DNA of 55,990 bases, from positions 1 through 55,990 of the IMG/VR virus record IMGVR_UViG_3300045988_068752; one strand, written 5' to 3'. This DNA comes from a virus. A program made the position numbers and the translations under genes. Positions 12,001 to 20,236 of this stretch are shown here, one piece after another (the stretch's first letter is position 1; each line of letters opens with the position of its first letter). A model generated the notes under the pieces. The model had not been told where the DNA came from. It worked only from the letters and a program-made list of their open reading frames with translations, and did no database searches.

Positions 12001-15000
12001 AACCCCAATAGCAACGAGAGTTACTGCCAATATAGCAAGTCCAGGAGCAACCATAGCCGCAAGGGCACCTGCAGCTAATAATATAGCCAACGCCCCACCG
12101 ATAGCAACTAACCCCACTCCAATTTGAGCCAGAGACATACTACCTAACATTTTCAAAGGAACGGCAATAGCAATTAGTGATGTCGACAACATTAATAATG
12201 TCGCAGCACCTACTAAGCTAGATGCACCTAATGTCGATAATATGGCAACGGACGCTACTAAAGCGCCTAGTGTTACACCCAATCCTATAAGTGCAGTTTG
12301 CATACCACTCCAAGGGATTGCTGCTAGTTGTGTCATTACAAATCCAATACTCAACAATACAGGAACAAACGATAGTAATACCATAGATGCTCCTATAGCA
12401 CTAAGAATGCCTCCAGACATATTGGTAAGAATTACCGTTATAGCGGTTAATCCTATTAATATACCCATAAGAGAATTCATAGCCGGTTCTAGTCTATCGG
12501 GAGCAATATTCGCAATATTGGTCAAACTAGACACTAATACTTTTACAGAAATAGAAAAAGTTATCAGGGTTAATATAGCCGATAAATTTACTTTGGCCCC
12601 GTCCAATAAGTGAGTAACGGCAACTAGACTGCCCATTAAGATAGCTAGTGTTTGTACTGATGATACCAATTTATCCGAACCAATATTTGAAATCTCTGTA
12701 AGAGACATAGTTAATACTTTAACGCTACCAGCAAATATAATCATAGCTGCCATGGCTGATTTATTAACTTTAGCCCCCTCTACGGCATGCATTGCCATAA
12801 CCAAGCTGCCCATAATAGTAACTAATATAGAAACAGCAGGTATTAAAGCATCCACATTTATTGCGGAAATAGCTTGTAAATCTTTAACTAAGACGCTAAC
12901 ACTACCAACAAACACAATCATTCCAAATATAGCAGAAGTATTAATTTTAGCGCCATCTAGAGCTCTCATAGAACCAACTAGCGCTGCCATTACTGTACCT
13001 ATTGCTAAAACAGAATTGGATAATGTCTCGGGTTTCATATCGGCAACGGATTTAATCGCGCTTACTAATACTTTAATAGACAATACAAATGATAGCATTG
13101 CCATAGACGTTCTAGCTTTAACTTCTACACCATCCATCATTCCCATAGATCCAGCTAACATAACCATCAATGTCCCGATTGATGCGACACCTCTTAAGAG
13201 TTCGTCAGGATTATATTTGACAAGATCTTTCATTGCACTAACTAAAATCTTAAGTGCGAAAACAAAACCAAGAAGTTTCAATGGATTTACTTTGATTTCG
13301 TCGATTTTAGAGAGTATCTTCATGCTTCCTAAAAGAACTAGTGATGCCGCGGATATGCCGCCGACGCCTTTCATTAATTCTTCATAACTTAATTTAGATA
13401 CTTCGGCCATTGCTTTAGCAAGCATTCTTACAGCAAATGAAAATCCAATAAGATTCATTGTAGTGCCGGGAGGAATATTATTAAGTTTAGAAAGTCGGTT
13501 CATTGCCCCTGTTAAAATATAACTAACAGTTGCGATTGCTCCTACAGACCTAACTAAATCATCGGAAGACATTCCTGCTAATACTTTCATAGATAAAGCC
13601 AACATCGTTATTGATGTTGCAATCATAAGTAATGATCCGGTTTTTAAACCAGTTGTAAAGGATTCAATAGCTCCTTTTAAACCAGTTAAAATTTCACGTA
13701 CTTTATCTACGATTTTATCGCCTTTTTTGATTAAGTCATTCAACGCATCCAATAATGGACCAATAATCGGAACACTTTTCTTCTTTCCACCTTTATCCTT
13801 CTTAAAAAGTTTAAAAATACTGAAGCTGGCGAGACCACCAAATGCTACTTTTAGAATTGACATAATATCAACTCCGGAAATAGCTTGTTTAAATTCGTTT
13901 ATGTTCTTCATAACAGACGAGAACATGTCTTTAAACATTTTAGAAATAACGGGAGCAAAGCCATTGACGTCAATATCTTTTTTGAAAGAAGAAAATGCAT
14001 TAGAAATGGCAGACATCATTTGATGTATTACATTTCCAACTTTTGATGCATACGATGATATTGTAGAAAATACTTTAGAAAATATAGCTCCCATTTTAGG
14101 AAGACCTTCGGATTTATTTAAAGCACTTTCTATGGATTGAACAAAATATAATAGTTTAGATGTAGCGATAGACAATATTGCCATTAACCGAGCAAATATG
14201 TCAGTTCCGGATGACATTTTAAAGAAAACATGTAATAAACTATTAATAATAGATAATGCAATACGTCCCAATGAACCTATAATGTTAAAAACATTAGCTA
14301 TAGCTCGTCCCAAATAGAACCATCCGGTACTATATTTAGAAGCGGATCTCAGAGATTCAAGAAATCTTGAGATTTTATCTATAGCCACGCTCAGGGGTTG
14401 TAAAATTGTTCCTGCAGAATATCCGACTGTTTTGAATCCTGCACCAATATTACTGAGTATCCATCCCAATGTTTTGAAGACATTACCCATTAATTTACCC
14501 AAAGAGCTAGCAGTTTTATATAAGAATATGTTATTCTTTATACTATTAGATATAGCTTCTATAGCTTTAGTAACACCAAATAAAACTTGAGCGGATTGTT
14601 TATAGTCACCAATTACGGATCTAAATCCTTCTCGGAATTTAGTCATAACTTTAAAGACTATTTCGAAACTATTTTTAATGGTATTAAATAAAGCTTCTTG
14701 TCCGCCTAAATCTTTCCATACTTTGAGCATGGCATTTCGATAGTTACCAAGGCTTCGTTCCATCTCTAGAACAGAGTCCCAATATTTACCTTGGTCGTCA
14801 TTGATGAATGGGTTAACAATATCGCCAATACTAGTCCACATGGACTTGGCTTCTTCGAAACCTCCAAGGAAATATTCCCATGTAGTAGCCCATCCAGAAC
14901 CAATAGCTTCCTGAACGGTATCCACTAATTGACCAAATGATTTAACTTTTGTTGCGGCGTCAAGCATGGACTCATCTGTCGAGAACTCTTTAAGAGTTTC

Positions 15001-16074
15001 TAGCAATACTTCAGTCGTTAACCATCCGTCTTTCAATGAGTCACGGAATGACTTGGTCATGTCTCGAGCATGACCCATCTTTTCTGCAGTTTGTGTCAAT
15101 CGGTCTTGGAATAGTTTACCACCCATACCCGCGTTAACTACAGAGTTCCAGTCTTGTAGACCTACACGACCAGCAGCCAACGCTTGAGACAATTGATACA
15201 TCGCCATACTAGCTTGTTGGGTGTTTGATCCAGAAGCAGCGGCCAAGTTGGAAATACCTTTAATAGCGATTGCTGATTTATCCAAGCTAACACCAGCAGC
15301 GGTAAATGTTCCGATGTTTCGAGTCATATCTGCAAACGAGTAAATGGTTTTATCAGCGTAGTCATTCAAGTCTTCCAACGCACCAGAAACTCTTCGCATA
15401 CGAACTGAACTATCTGGAATTTCCCATTCGGTATTCGTCATGATAGTTTGAACAGAACCAAGTTTGTTTTTGTACTCTTCTAAACCATCACCATATCCTC
15501 TAAAGAATTGTCCAGTAAAACTCATAGCTTTCTGAATCATTCCACCTAAGACATTACCCAAAGCAATATCCATGATAGATAGAGAATTTTGTACAGAACT
15601 AGCTGCTTTAGCGAAAGCATTAGATAGGGGACTTGCATCGAACCCCGACACTTTTGAATTCAAACCATCAATAGATTTAATGGAGTTCGGAAACCCTTGA
15701 TGGTTATCTGCCTTTTGGAAAATACCTTTCAACCTAGATAGAATTGAAGATGTAGTAGCTGTTTTGCTAGCGACATCTGTATTCATCCTATCAATAGATT
15801 GTCCAGCGCCAGACATATCAATACCTTTTGCGCTTCGGTTAAAAATTCCTTTAAGGCGAGATAGTAATCCCTCAGACTTTTGTGTCGATTTTGAAATTGT
15901 GTCTGTCATCTCTGACATGTCTGAGGCTATGTTTTTAGTCGCATCTTTACCATTGACTTTACCAAAAGCTTTCTTCATTCGTTCCAATGCGGCGACAGTG
16001 TCATCAGCATTCTTGGAAAAGCCTTTGTTATCTAAGGTGACCTTGGCGACTTTTTCATCTACATATCCAACCAT
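9097..16074 (-). CDS. Tail tape measure protein (2325 aa)
   Basis: The N-terminal region YADKTIYSFADMTRNIGTFTAAGVSLDKSAIAIKGISNLAAASGSNTQQASMAMYQLSQALAAGRVGLQDWNSV is typical of the TP901-type tape-measure domain. The remainder is very long, hydrophobic and repetitive. Confidence 0.9.
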   Translation of the reverse strand: MVGYVDEKVAKVTLDNKGFSKNADDTVAALERMKKAFGKVNGKDATKNIASDMSEMTDTISKSTQKSEGLLSRLKGIFNRSAKGIDMSGAGQSIDRMNTDVASKTATTSSILSRLKGIFQKADNHQGFPNSIKSIDGLNSKVSGFDASPLSNAFAKAASSVQNSLSIMDIALGNVLGGMIQKAMSFTGQFFRGYGDGLEEYKNKLGSVQTIMTNTEWEIPDSSVRMRRVSGALEDLNDYADKTIYSFADMTRNIGTFTAAGVSLDKSAIAIKGISNLAAASGSNTQQASMAMYQLSQALAAGRVGLQDWNSVVNAGMGGKLFQDRLTQTAEKMGHARDMTKSFRDSLKDGWLTTEVLLETLKEFSTDESMLDAATKVKSFGQLVDTVQEAIGSGWATTWEYFLGGFEEAKSMWTSIGDIVNPFINDDQGKYWDSVLEMERSLGNYRNAMLKVWKDLGGQEALFNTIKNSFEIVFKVMTKFREGFRSVIGDYKQSAQVLFGVTKAIEAISNSIKNNIFLYKTASSLGKLMGNVFKTLGWILSNIGAGFKTVGYSAGTILQPLSVAIDKISRFLESLRSASKYSTGWFYLGRAIANVFNIIGSLGRIALSIINSLLHVFFKMSSGTDIFARLMAILSIATSKLLYFVQSIESALNKSEGLPKMGAIFSKVFSTISSYASKVGNVIHQMMSAISNAFSSFKKDIDVNGFAPVISKMFKDMFSSVMKNINEFKQAISGVDIMSILKVAFGGLASFSIFKLFKKDKGGKKKSVPIIGPLLDALNDLIKKGDKIVDKVREILTGLKGAIESFTTGLKTGSLLMIATSITMLALSMKVLAGMSSDDLVRSVGAIATVSYILTGAMNRLSKLNNIPPGTTMNLIGFSFAVRMLAKAMAEVSKLSYEELMKGVGGISAASLVLLGSMKILSKIDEIKVNPLKLLGFVFALKILVSAMKDLVKYNPDELLRGVASIGTLMVMLAGSMGMMDGVEVKARTSMAMLSFVLSIKVLVSAIKSVADMKPETLSNSVLAIGTVMAALVGSMRALDGAKINTSAIFGMIVFVGSVSVLVKDLQAISAINVDALIPAVSILVTIMGSLVMAMHAVEGAKVNKSAMAAMIIFAGSVKVLTMSLTEISNIGSDKLVSSVQTLAILMGSLVAVTHLLDGAKVNLSAILTLITFSISVKVLVSSLTNIANIAPDRLEPAMNSLMGILIGLTAITVILTNMSGGILSAIGASMVLLSFVPVLLSIGFVMTQLAAIPWSGMQTALIGLGVTLGALVASVAILSTLGASSLVGAATLLMLSTSLIAIAVPLKMLGSMSLAQIGVGLVAIGGALAILLAAGALAAMVAPGLAILAVTLVAIGVAAIGIGAGALLGAMALDIFTKALMKLSMIGATAVVNIVKAFDAFVRSLAQNAPSIVSSLIKVVLTALNGLAVLIPEFVNFGLKLLLGLIEGITNNLPQLINAAVRLLTELATAIVNNMSIIINVAIDIAVTFIEKLAAGLVENKDRIISSLQSLFLSLSEIIVTIIKSLAGPVLSAIVEVLTPVRDFIITWIQEIGPVILPFFTAITDTLQVLFTTVSEIIRSLADVIISIIGGIETVVNGVVSIVTVIGETIKAFIQGVVDVINAIANVITATGDSIRYVLEGVDNIFVSFGNNVKTTLEGVSNVIKTFAEGVKTALEGVGKIFESIGTAIKTALDGVADVIRAVGDAAKSFGEGFKLFGEGVKLVGDYGASAATGLASLTVEVAKLGASAYAGNLQGFTKDIKDLATACTSLAGSVSGLSATATAMNMISVSASLLSGTLPTVNTAFITMSTSMTTLSTSITPVSTAFTGLIAPVTALMTTLTSVSAVFMNLNMQFQMLSLGMSALDASMLGIQNGVTLLSSSFSAMPAIIELFNQSLITTQQTMNTFFMELTNSSTGFATLSQAAMEGMMQMQMAVQTGMMNIQTVMLSGISTLAAAVFIGFTEVTNAVTMSMTSVSTAVQTGMLGVVTSISTSMQSVATATSTAFSGISTAIQTSISSISANINQGMSGVSQTITSRVHEIQNSFTQMNSTVNQIVSTMMAAMSSSISSGMSSSASRVSSGMSSIIGIVSSYSGSARSAGYNVGYYISAGVADGMNANMWAIESAANRIISKAREAARAAADIHSPSRLFAKDVGKFIPMGVAKGIGDAMPKMVDEVTDSFGKGFSDAADSVVSQGDVFANAVSDAVNSVSDMLDVAIDDMSYAPTITPVVDMSNLDKMKMSDYSLDYRGRISTPTPLYGVPQQSNTSTVVNNDNSKKEYSVNVNVDTGGKPVNTKELAREIQSHIKSFDDQSRRGKGEEVFW
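12409..13569 (-). repeat. Six to seven tandem ~59-aa hydrophobic coding repeats inside the tape measure gene
   Basis: TMP residues ~836-1222 repeat the pattern ..D.L...V..I.T......GSM....G.KVN.SA.......F..SVKVLV..L..I..I. One example is NVDALIPAVSILVTIMGSLVMAMHAVEGAKVNKSAMAAMIIFAGSVKVLTMSLTEISNI. Confidence 0.75.
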
Positions 16075-16085
16075 AGTTTACCTTT

Positions 16086-16463
16086 CTACATTCTAGCAGA
16101 TGGGTTTGTTTTCTTAACAAACTTTTCTCGTTCTGCCCATAGACGATCGAACTCTTTACCATTATTATGTTTATCTGCGGTCCATAATTTTTCAGATAAA
16201 GAATCGTATTTCTTAATATTTTCAGGACTCATTCCGAGTTTATCTTTACGTTGTTTCTCTTGAACGGATAACGTATGAAATTTTTTAGCATCATTATAAC
16301 GAGGTTGACCTTTTATAGGTTTACCAGTTTTTGCATCAAATTGCAAAGATGGTTTAAATAGAGAAGAAAACTTCTTTTTCAAACGCCTACGTCCCCACTT
16401 CATACCTTTGATTCCGAAGTGCTCAATGACATCTTTGGAAGATTGAATAGAGTAATAATCCAT
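16086..16463 (-). CDS. GMKWG-motif family paralog (125 aa, basic)
   Basis: N-terminus MDYYSIQSSKDVIEHFGIKGMKWGRRR; the remainder is K/R-rich. Confidence 0.8.
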   Translation of the reverse strand: MDYYSIQSSKDVIEHFGIKGMKWGRRRLKKKFSSLFKPSLQFDAKTGKPIKGQPRYNDAKKFHTLSVQEKQRKDKLGMSPENIKKYDSLSEKLWTADKHNNGKEFDRLWAEREKFVKKTNPSARM

Positions 16464-16475
16464 AAAATATCCTTT

Positions 16476-16835
16476 CTATTTTAGATAATCTTCTAAAATT
16501 TTATTAATTGCTTTCTTATATACCGAATTAATAGCTTCGTCAATATAAGGTCTTGGAGGAACATATCCTCCGGTACCCGTACCATGCCCATAATGTAAAA
16601 TTATGGCAATGTTTACTCCGTCATTAATATGCGTATTGTAAATTTCTAAGTCTTGTCCTCTTGAAGTATTAACAATCCTATACCCCCATGACTGCGCAGT
16701 TAGTCCTGATTTTGTAGGAGTAGCATCGGCAAGTGCTTTGACAATAGCTTTCCCTAGAGAATCCAAATCGGACGTTCGAGGTCGTTTTAAAAACTTTTCT
16801 AAATTTCCGAAATCTCCAGAAACGTGAATTGGCAT
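16476..16835 (-). CDS. Putative HK97 gp10-like head-tail/tail component (119 aa)
   Basis: Size and position in the tail module. The weak family resemblance was judged by eye only. Confidence 0.4.
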   Translation of the reverse strand: MPIHVSGDFGNLEKFLKRPRTSDLDSLGKAIVKALADATPTKSGLTAQSWGYRIVNTSRGQDLEIYNTHINDGVNIAIILHYGHGTGTGGYVPPRPYIDEAINSVYKKAINKILEDYLK

Positions 16836-17866
16836 TATTTATTAGCCTCCTTACGTTTCTTCTCATCTAGTTTTCTAGCGGCAGTCATTGCTGCTTCATT
16901 AGAAATAAGACCAACCGCCGCTCCTGCGGCAGCATTACCACCAATTTGTTTGGCGTACATAGCTCGTCTCGCGATAGTTTCTAGTTTGTTCTCACTATCA
17001 CTGATGATGTCGTCGGTCAATTTCTTAGAACCCTTTTTAATGAGATTCTTATGATCAAAGAATATAGTAGGGTTCTTAGATTTAAATCCAGAGAATTTTC
17101 TATCATTGATATCCAATAATCCAGCATATCCTTTTTCTTTCAATTTACCATAGAACTTATTAATATTCTTTGTCGCATCAGCATCTTTCCCTTGAGCAGC
17201 AAGAGCAACATTAAATAATTCATATGGGGATCCTTTTCTAAATCTAGAATCAGCCGCTCTAAGTCCTACTGTAACTTCATCGGCCATTTTTCTAAAATCA
17301 GAATCATTCTTATAAAGCTCTTTAAAAGTCTTTTTGGCAGCTCTATTAGGCGCTATCTTCAACTTTTTATTAGCCATTAATGTTATGATATTATCTTCTT
17401 TATCTAGACCTTGAGTTTTTCGAACTTCCCCCGGAACCATAAATGGATTTTTACGTTGTCGAGCCCGTTGTCCTCCATAAATTCCACGATATTTCATTTT
17501 ATCATGTTTTCTATACGCAGCATAAATATGACGGTCTTTATCGAATTTGGTAGCAGATGTCACAGTGTCAACTTTTTTGCCGGCTTTGAAACTTCGACCT
17601 AGAAATTCGTCTTGGACATAGTTTTTTCCATAATATGCAGCCACCCCGGCTGCTACCGCTGCTGCAGTACCTAAAGCAATCTTTTCATTTCTAAGCCGTT
17701 TTTGTAACTTAGCTTGTGCTTCTTCATCGGTCATCCCTTTTTGTTTATAATAATACAATAGATTTTTCTTATGACCATCATAAAGTTTATGAACACCCCA
17801 CTTCATTCCTTTGACTCCGTGGTGTTCTAAAACGGTTTGTGTAGATAATCCTAAATAATTATTCAT
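16835..17866 (-). CDS. GMKWG-motif family paralog (343 aa) with Ala/Gly-rich hydrophobic segments
   Basis: N-terminus MNNYLGLSTQTVLEHHGVKGMKWGVHK. It contains IALGTAAAVAAGVAAYYG and, near the C-terminus, GGNAAAGAAVGLISNEAA. Confidence 0.8.
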   Translation of the reverse strand: MNNYLGLSTQTVLEHHGVKGMKWGVHKLYDGHKKNLLYYYKQKGMTDEEAQAKLQKRLRNEKIALGTAAAVAAGVAAYYGKNYVQDEFLGRSFKAGKKVDTVTSATKFDKDRHIYAAYRKHDKMKYRGIYGGQRARQRKNPFMVPGEVRKTQGLDKEDNIITLMANKKLKIAPNRAAKKTFKELYKNDSDFRKMADEVTVGLRAADSRFRKGSPYELFNVALAAQGKDADATKNINKFYGKLKEKGYAGLLDINDRKFSGFKSKNPTIFFDHKNLIKKGSKKLTDDIISDSENKLETIARRAMYAKQIGGNAAAGAAVGLISNEAAMTAARKLDEKKRKEANK

Positions 17867-18443
17867 TCATCTGCTTCCTCCTTTCTTCCATTATTTTTCT
17901 ATTTCGAAGAACTTGTTGTTGATGTTCTGCCATTGCTTCGGCTCGTGTCATTTTCTTAGGAGGTTCTTGCAATGCCCCTACACAATTCAATAACATAATC
18001 AATTTATTAAGGTTTCTATTCTCCCAATCAAATGGTATATGATTCAAAGCCATCATCGCATAAATTATCTCAGATGTAAATATTTTCTTACGGCGATACT
18101 CTTTACCTCTACTAGAATTATTGTTTTTTGGTAATTCTGTAGCACTGGGTGTATCTTCCATATACTTTAAAATTTCCCTAAAATTAGCTTCTGTTAGACG
18201 AGATATATCAAACGGTTTATCGGCCATCATAACAATAAAATCAAGAATCTCATGTTGTTCTATGTTGGCAGAATTGTCAATAAACCTTTTCTTATACTTC
18301 GTCTCCCACTTGTCTAATACGGTTAGAGTATATTTGAAAGTAATATCTTCTTTGGGTTCTGTCATAATAAATTGAGATATGCTATCATCCCACATTTCAA
18401 GCTCATCCAAAGTTATAGTTAAAAACTCAGACATAATATTCAC
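17859..18443 (-). CDS. Putative Gp15-like tail assembly protein
   Basis: 194-aa ORF between the tail chaperone and the tape measure; the call rests mainly on position. Confidence 0.45.
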   Translation of the reverse strand: MNIMSEFLTITLDELEMWDDSISQFIMTEPKEDITFKYTLTVLDKWETKYKKRFIDNSANIEQHEILDFIVMMADKPFDISRLTEANFREILKYMEDTPSATELPKNNNSSRGKEYRRKKIFTSEIIYAMMALNHIPFDWENRNLNKLIMLLNCVGALQEPPKKMTRAEAMAEHQQQVLRNRKIMEERRKQMNE

Positions 18444-18460
18444 ACCTCAAACATTTTATA

Positions 18461-18494
18461 AAAACAAAAAGAGGCGGGTAAAATCCACGCCTCC
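18461..18494 (-). terminator. Intrinsic terminator (usable on both strands) inside the tail operon
   Basis: GAGGCG / CGCCTC stem (18471-18476 with 18488-18493) and an 11-nt loop. T-runs flank it on both strands (TTTTTGTTTT on the minus strand). Confidence 0.65.
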
Positions 18495-18512
18495 TTTTTT
18501 CAATTTCAATAA

Positions 18513-18917
18513 CTAGTTAGCCACAGCGGCCGCAGCAGCTGTATTAAGTCCACGAATATGTGCAGTAACACCAGAAATGAAGTTTTCAAGAACTTTACGA
18601 GAATCATCATGGAAGTCTTCAATCAATGCTTCATAAGCAAGAGATTGTTTGAATTCTTCACGAAGTTGGTCGCTCTTAATGAAGCGTTTACCATCTTCCG
18701 ATTTAACACCATATGCAGTAAGAACGAAGTCATTCAACAAATCATACATAGGTTCAATTTGTTTTTCTTCGATCAATTTATTGATATAGTTTTCCATGTT
18801 TTCGCTTCCATAGCGTTTTTGGAAAGAAATCAATTCCATACGGTTCAAGTTGAAATATAGAGTTTCTTCTTGTTTGTTACCGTCGAAATCTTCATATGTT
18901 ACTTTTTGTTTAAGCAT
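18513..18917 (-). CDS. Tail assembly chaperone (134 aa)
   Basis: Acidic small protein immediately after the major tail protein gene. Confidence 0.55.
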   Translation of the reverse strand: MLKQKVTYEDFDGNKQEETLYFNLNRMELISFQKRYGSENMENYINKLIEEKQIEPMYDLLNDFVLTAYGVKSEDGKRFIKSDQLREEFKQSLAYEALIEDFHDDSRKVLENFISGVTAHIRGLNTAAAAAVAN

Positions 18918-18941
18918 AAGTCAATACCTCCTATTTAGAAA

Positions 18942-19592
18942 TTATTTCAACAATTCAAGCAATTCAGTTGGCAATGGAAGACGAGCATCTGCTTCGTCAG
19001 TTCCGTAAAGAATATCTTCGATCTTCTTAAGTTTGTCAGCAGGAGTTGTAGTTGAGTTGAATGTCAATACTGAAGATGGTTTAGCTCCAGGCACAGCAAC
19101 AGGAGTTGATGAAATGCTCCATGATGGGTTTTGTGGTTCTGGACTGTCGTTCACAGTTGAGTGAGAACGTTCTGATGGAGCAGCTTTACATCCGTACCAG
19201 ATGTGGAGTTTGTAGCCATAGTCGTTACCTTTGATGTCGTTACCAAGGATTGATTTGTACGCGAAACCGAATGGTTTACGAGTTTGTTGTGAAACTGTGA
19301 GGCCTTTAGAAATTTCTTTCATACCGTCACATTCGTCAAATTCAGCTGGTGAAGAAAATGCTTCGATAGTTCCTTCGAATTTCTCAGCACCTGTTAGAGA
19401 CAAGTATACCATGTTGTCTGCGTATTGGTCATTAGACTCAGCACCTGATGGTGATTCGTTAGCAGCAGTAATACCATTCCAAGCAACACCTTTAGGATAT
19501 GTTCCATCGTCTGCTTGTGGGAAGAGAACGGCATTCGATACACCGGTCTCATAGAAACGTTTTCCTAGTTCGTCAAATACTAGTTTAGCCAT
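18942..19592 (-). CDS. Major tail (tube) protein
   Basis: MAKLVFDELGKRFYETGVSNAVLFPQADDGTYPKGVAWNGITAANESPSGAESNDQYADNMVYLSLTGAEKFEGTIEAFSSPAEFDECDG resembles phi13-type siphovirus major tail proteins. Position and the strong RBS agree. Confidence 0.8.
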   Translation of the reverse strand: MAKLVFDELGKRFYETGVSNAVLFPQADDGTYPKGVAWNGITAANESPSGAESNDQYADNMVYLSLTGAEKFEGTIEAFSSPAEFDECDGMKEISKGLTVSQQTRKPFGFAYKSILGNDIKGNDYGYKLHIWYGCKAAPSERSHSTVNDSPEPQNPSWSISSTPVAVPGAKPSSVLTFNSTTTPADKLKKIEDILYGTDEADARLPLPTELLELLK

Positions 19593-19923
19593 TTGTAATT
19601 CCTCCAGAATTAAGTGTCATAATAGTATGGTTCATATTCTCAGATACGAACTCATTGTTGTAAGTACAGTATTGATTTTCAAGTAGAGCATCCACAACAG
19701 GAGACTCTACTCGTTTATCAATAATTGTAAGTTGGTAGGACATATGCGTATGATATCGAATATCATCAGCATGTCTTTGATGAATCCCTTTTCGTCGATA
19801 AATAATACAAGGGTATTCGAGTTTTATGTTTGATACAGGGTTGTAATAAACTTTGTACCTCTCACCAGTTTTGTCAACAGCTTTCAGGATAATGTTATGC
19901 ACGTCAAGTCGTTGCTTGCTCAT
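19585..19923 (-). CDS. Head-tail connector / tail completion protein (113 aa)
   Basis: ATG at 19923 follows GGGAGGGG. The gene lies between the capsid and tail tube genes. Confidence 0.5.
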   Translation of the reverse strand: MSKQRLDVHNIILKAVDKTGERYKVYYNPVSNIKLEYPCIIYRRKGIHQRHADDIRYHTHMSYQLTIIDKRVESPVVDALLENQYCTYNNEFVSENMNHTIMTLNSGGITNG

Positions 19924-20233
19924 TATAGACCCCTCCCAAACTAACAACAACGCGAGGAGGTCGGATATCGAAACTTTCGACTTTCCATTTAACCCCCTGA
20001 AATTCAACGTATGTTAAATTTGCGATGTGTTCATTTAAAAATTGATTAGCGACAATTGACAGCTGGTTGGTAATGCGAACATTATCAATTGTTGATTTGT
20101 CGCTATTTTGATGTTGGTAACGATTACTTACCACATCCCCTTTGATAGCTTTAACAACTACTTTGGGTTCGTAGACTCCGAGTTCGATTTCTACGTCATC
20201 AATTCTAAAACCAGCTTTTCCGCTAAACTTCAT
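19904..20233 (-). CDS. Head-tail adaptor / head closure protein (109 aa)
   Basis: First ORF after the capsid gene; positional call. Confidence 0.5.
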   Translation of the reverse strand: MKFSGKAGFRIDDVEIELGVYEPKVVVKAIKGDVVSNRYQHQNSDKSTIDNVRITNQLSIVANQFLNEHIANLTYVEFQGVKWKVESFDIRPPRVVVSLGGVYNEQATT

Positions 20234-20236
20234 GGA

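Noticed and set aside
9637-13387. Long plus-strand ORFs (up to 298 aa) antisense to the tape measure gene, and similar plus-strand ORFs elsewhere
   Set aside because: They lie entirely inside strong minus-strand genes and lack RBSs. Their low-complexity I/T/A/P-rich translations are the mirror image of the Ala/Gly/Val/Ile-rich TMP repeats. All other evidence says coding is on one strand.
18513-18917. Programmed -1 frameshift producing a G/GT-type chaperone fusion
   Set aside because: The chaperone ORF is followed by a 69-nt gap containing a terminator, not by an overlapping ORF. I saw no slippery heptamer near its 3' end.
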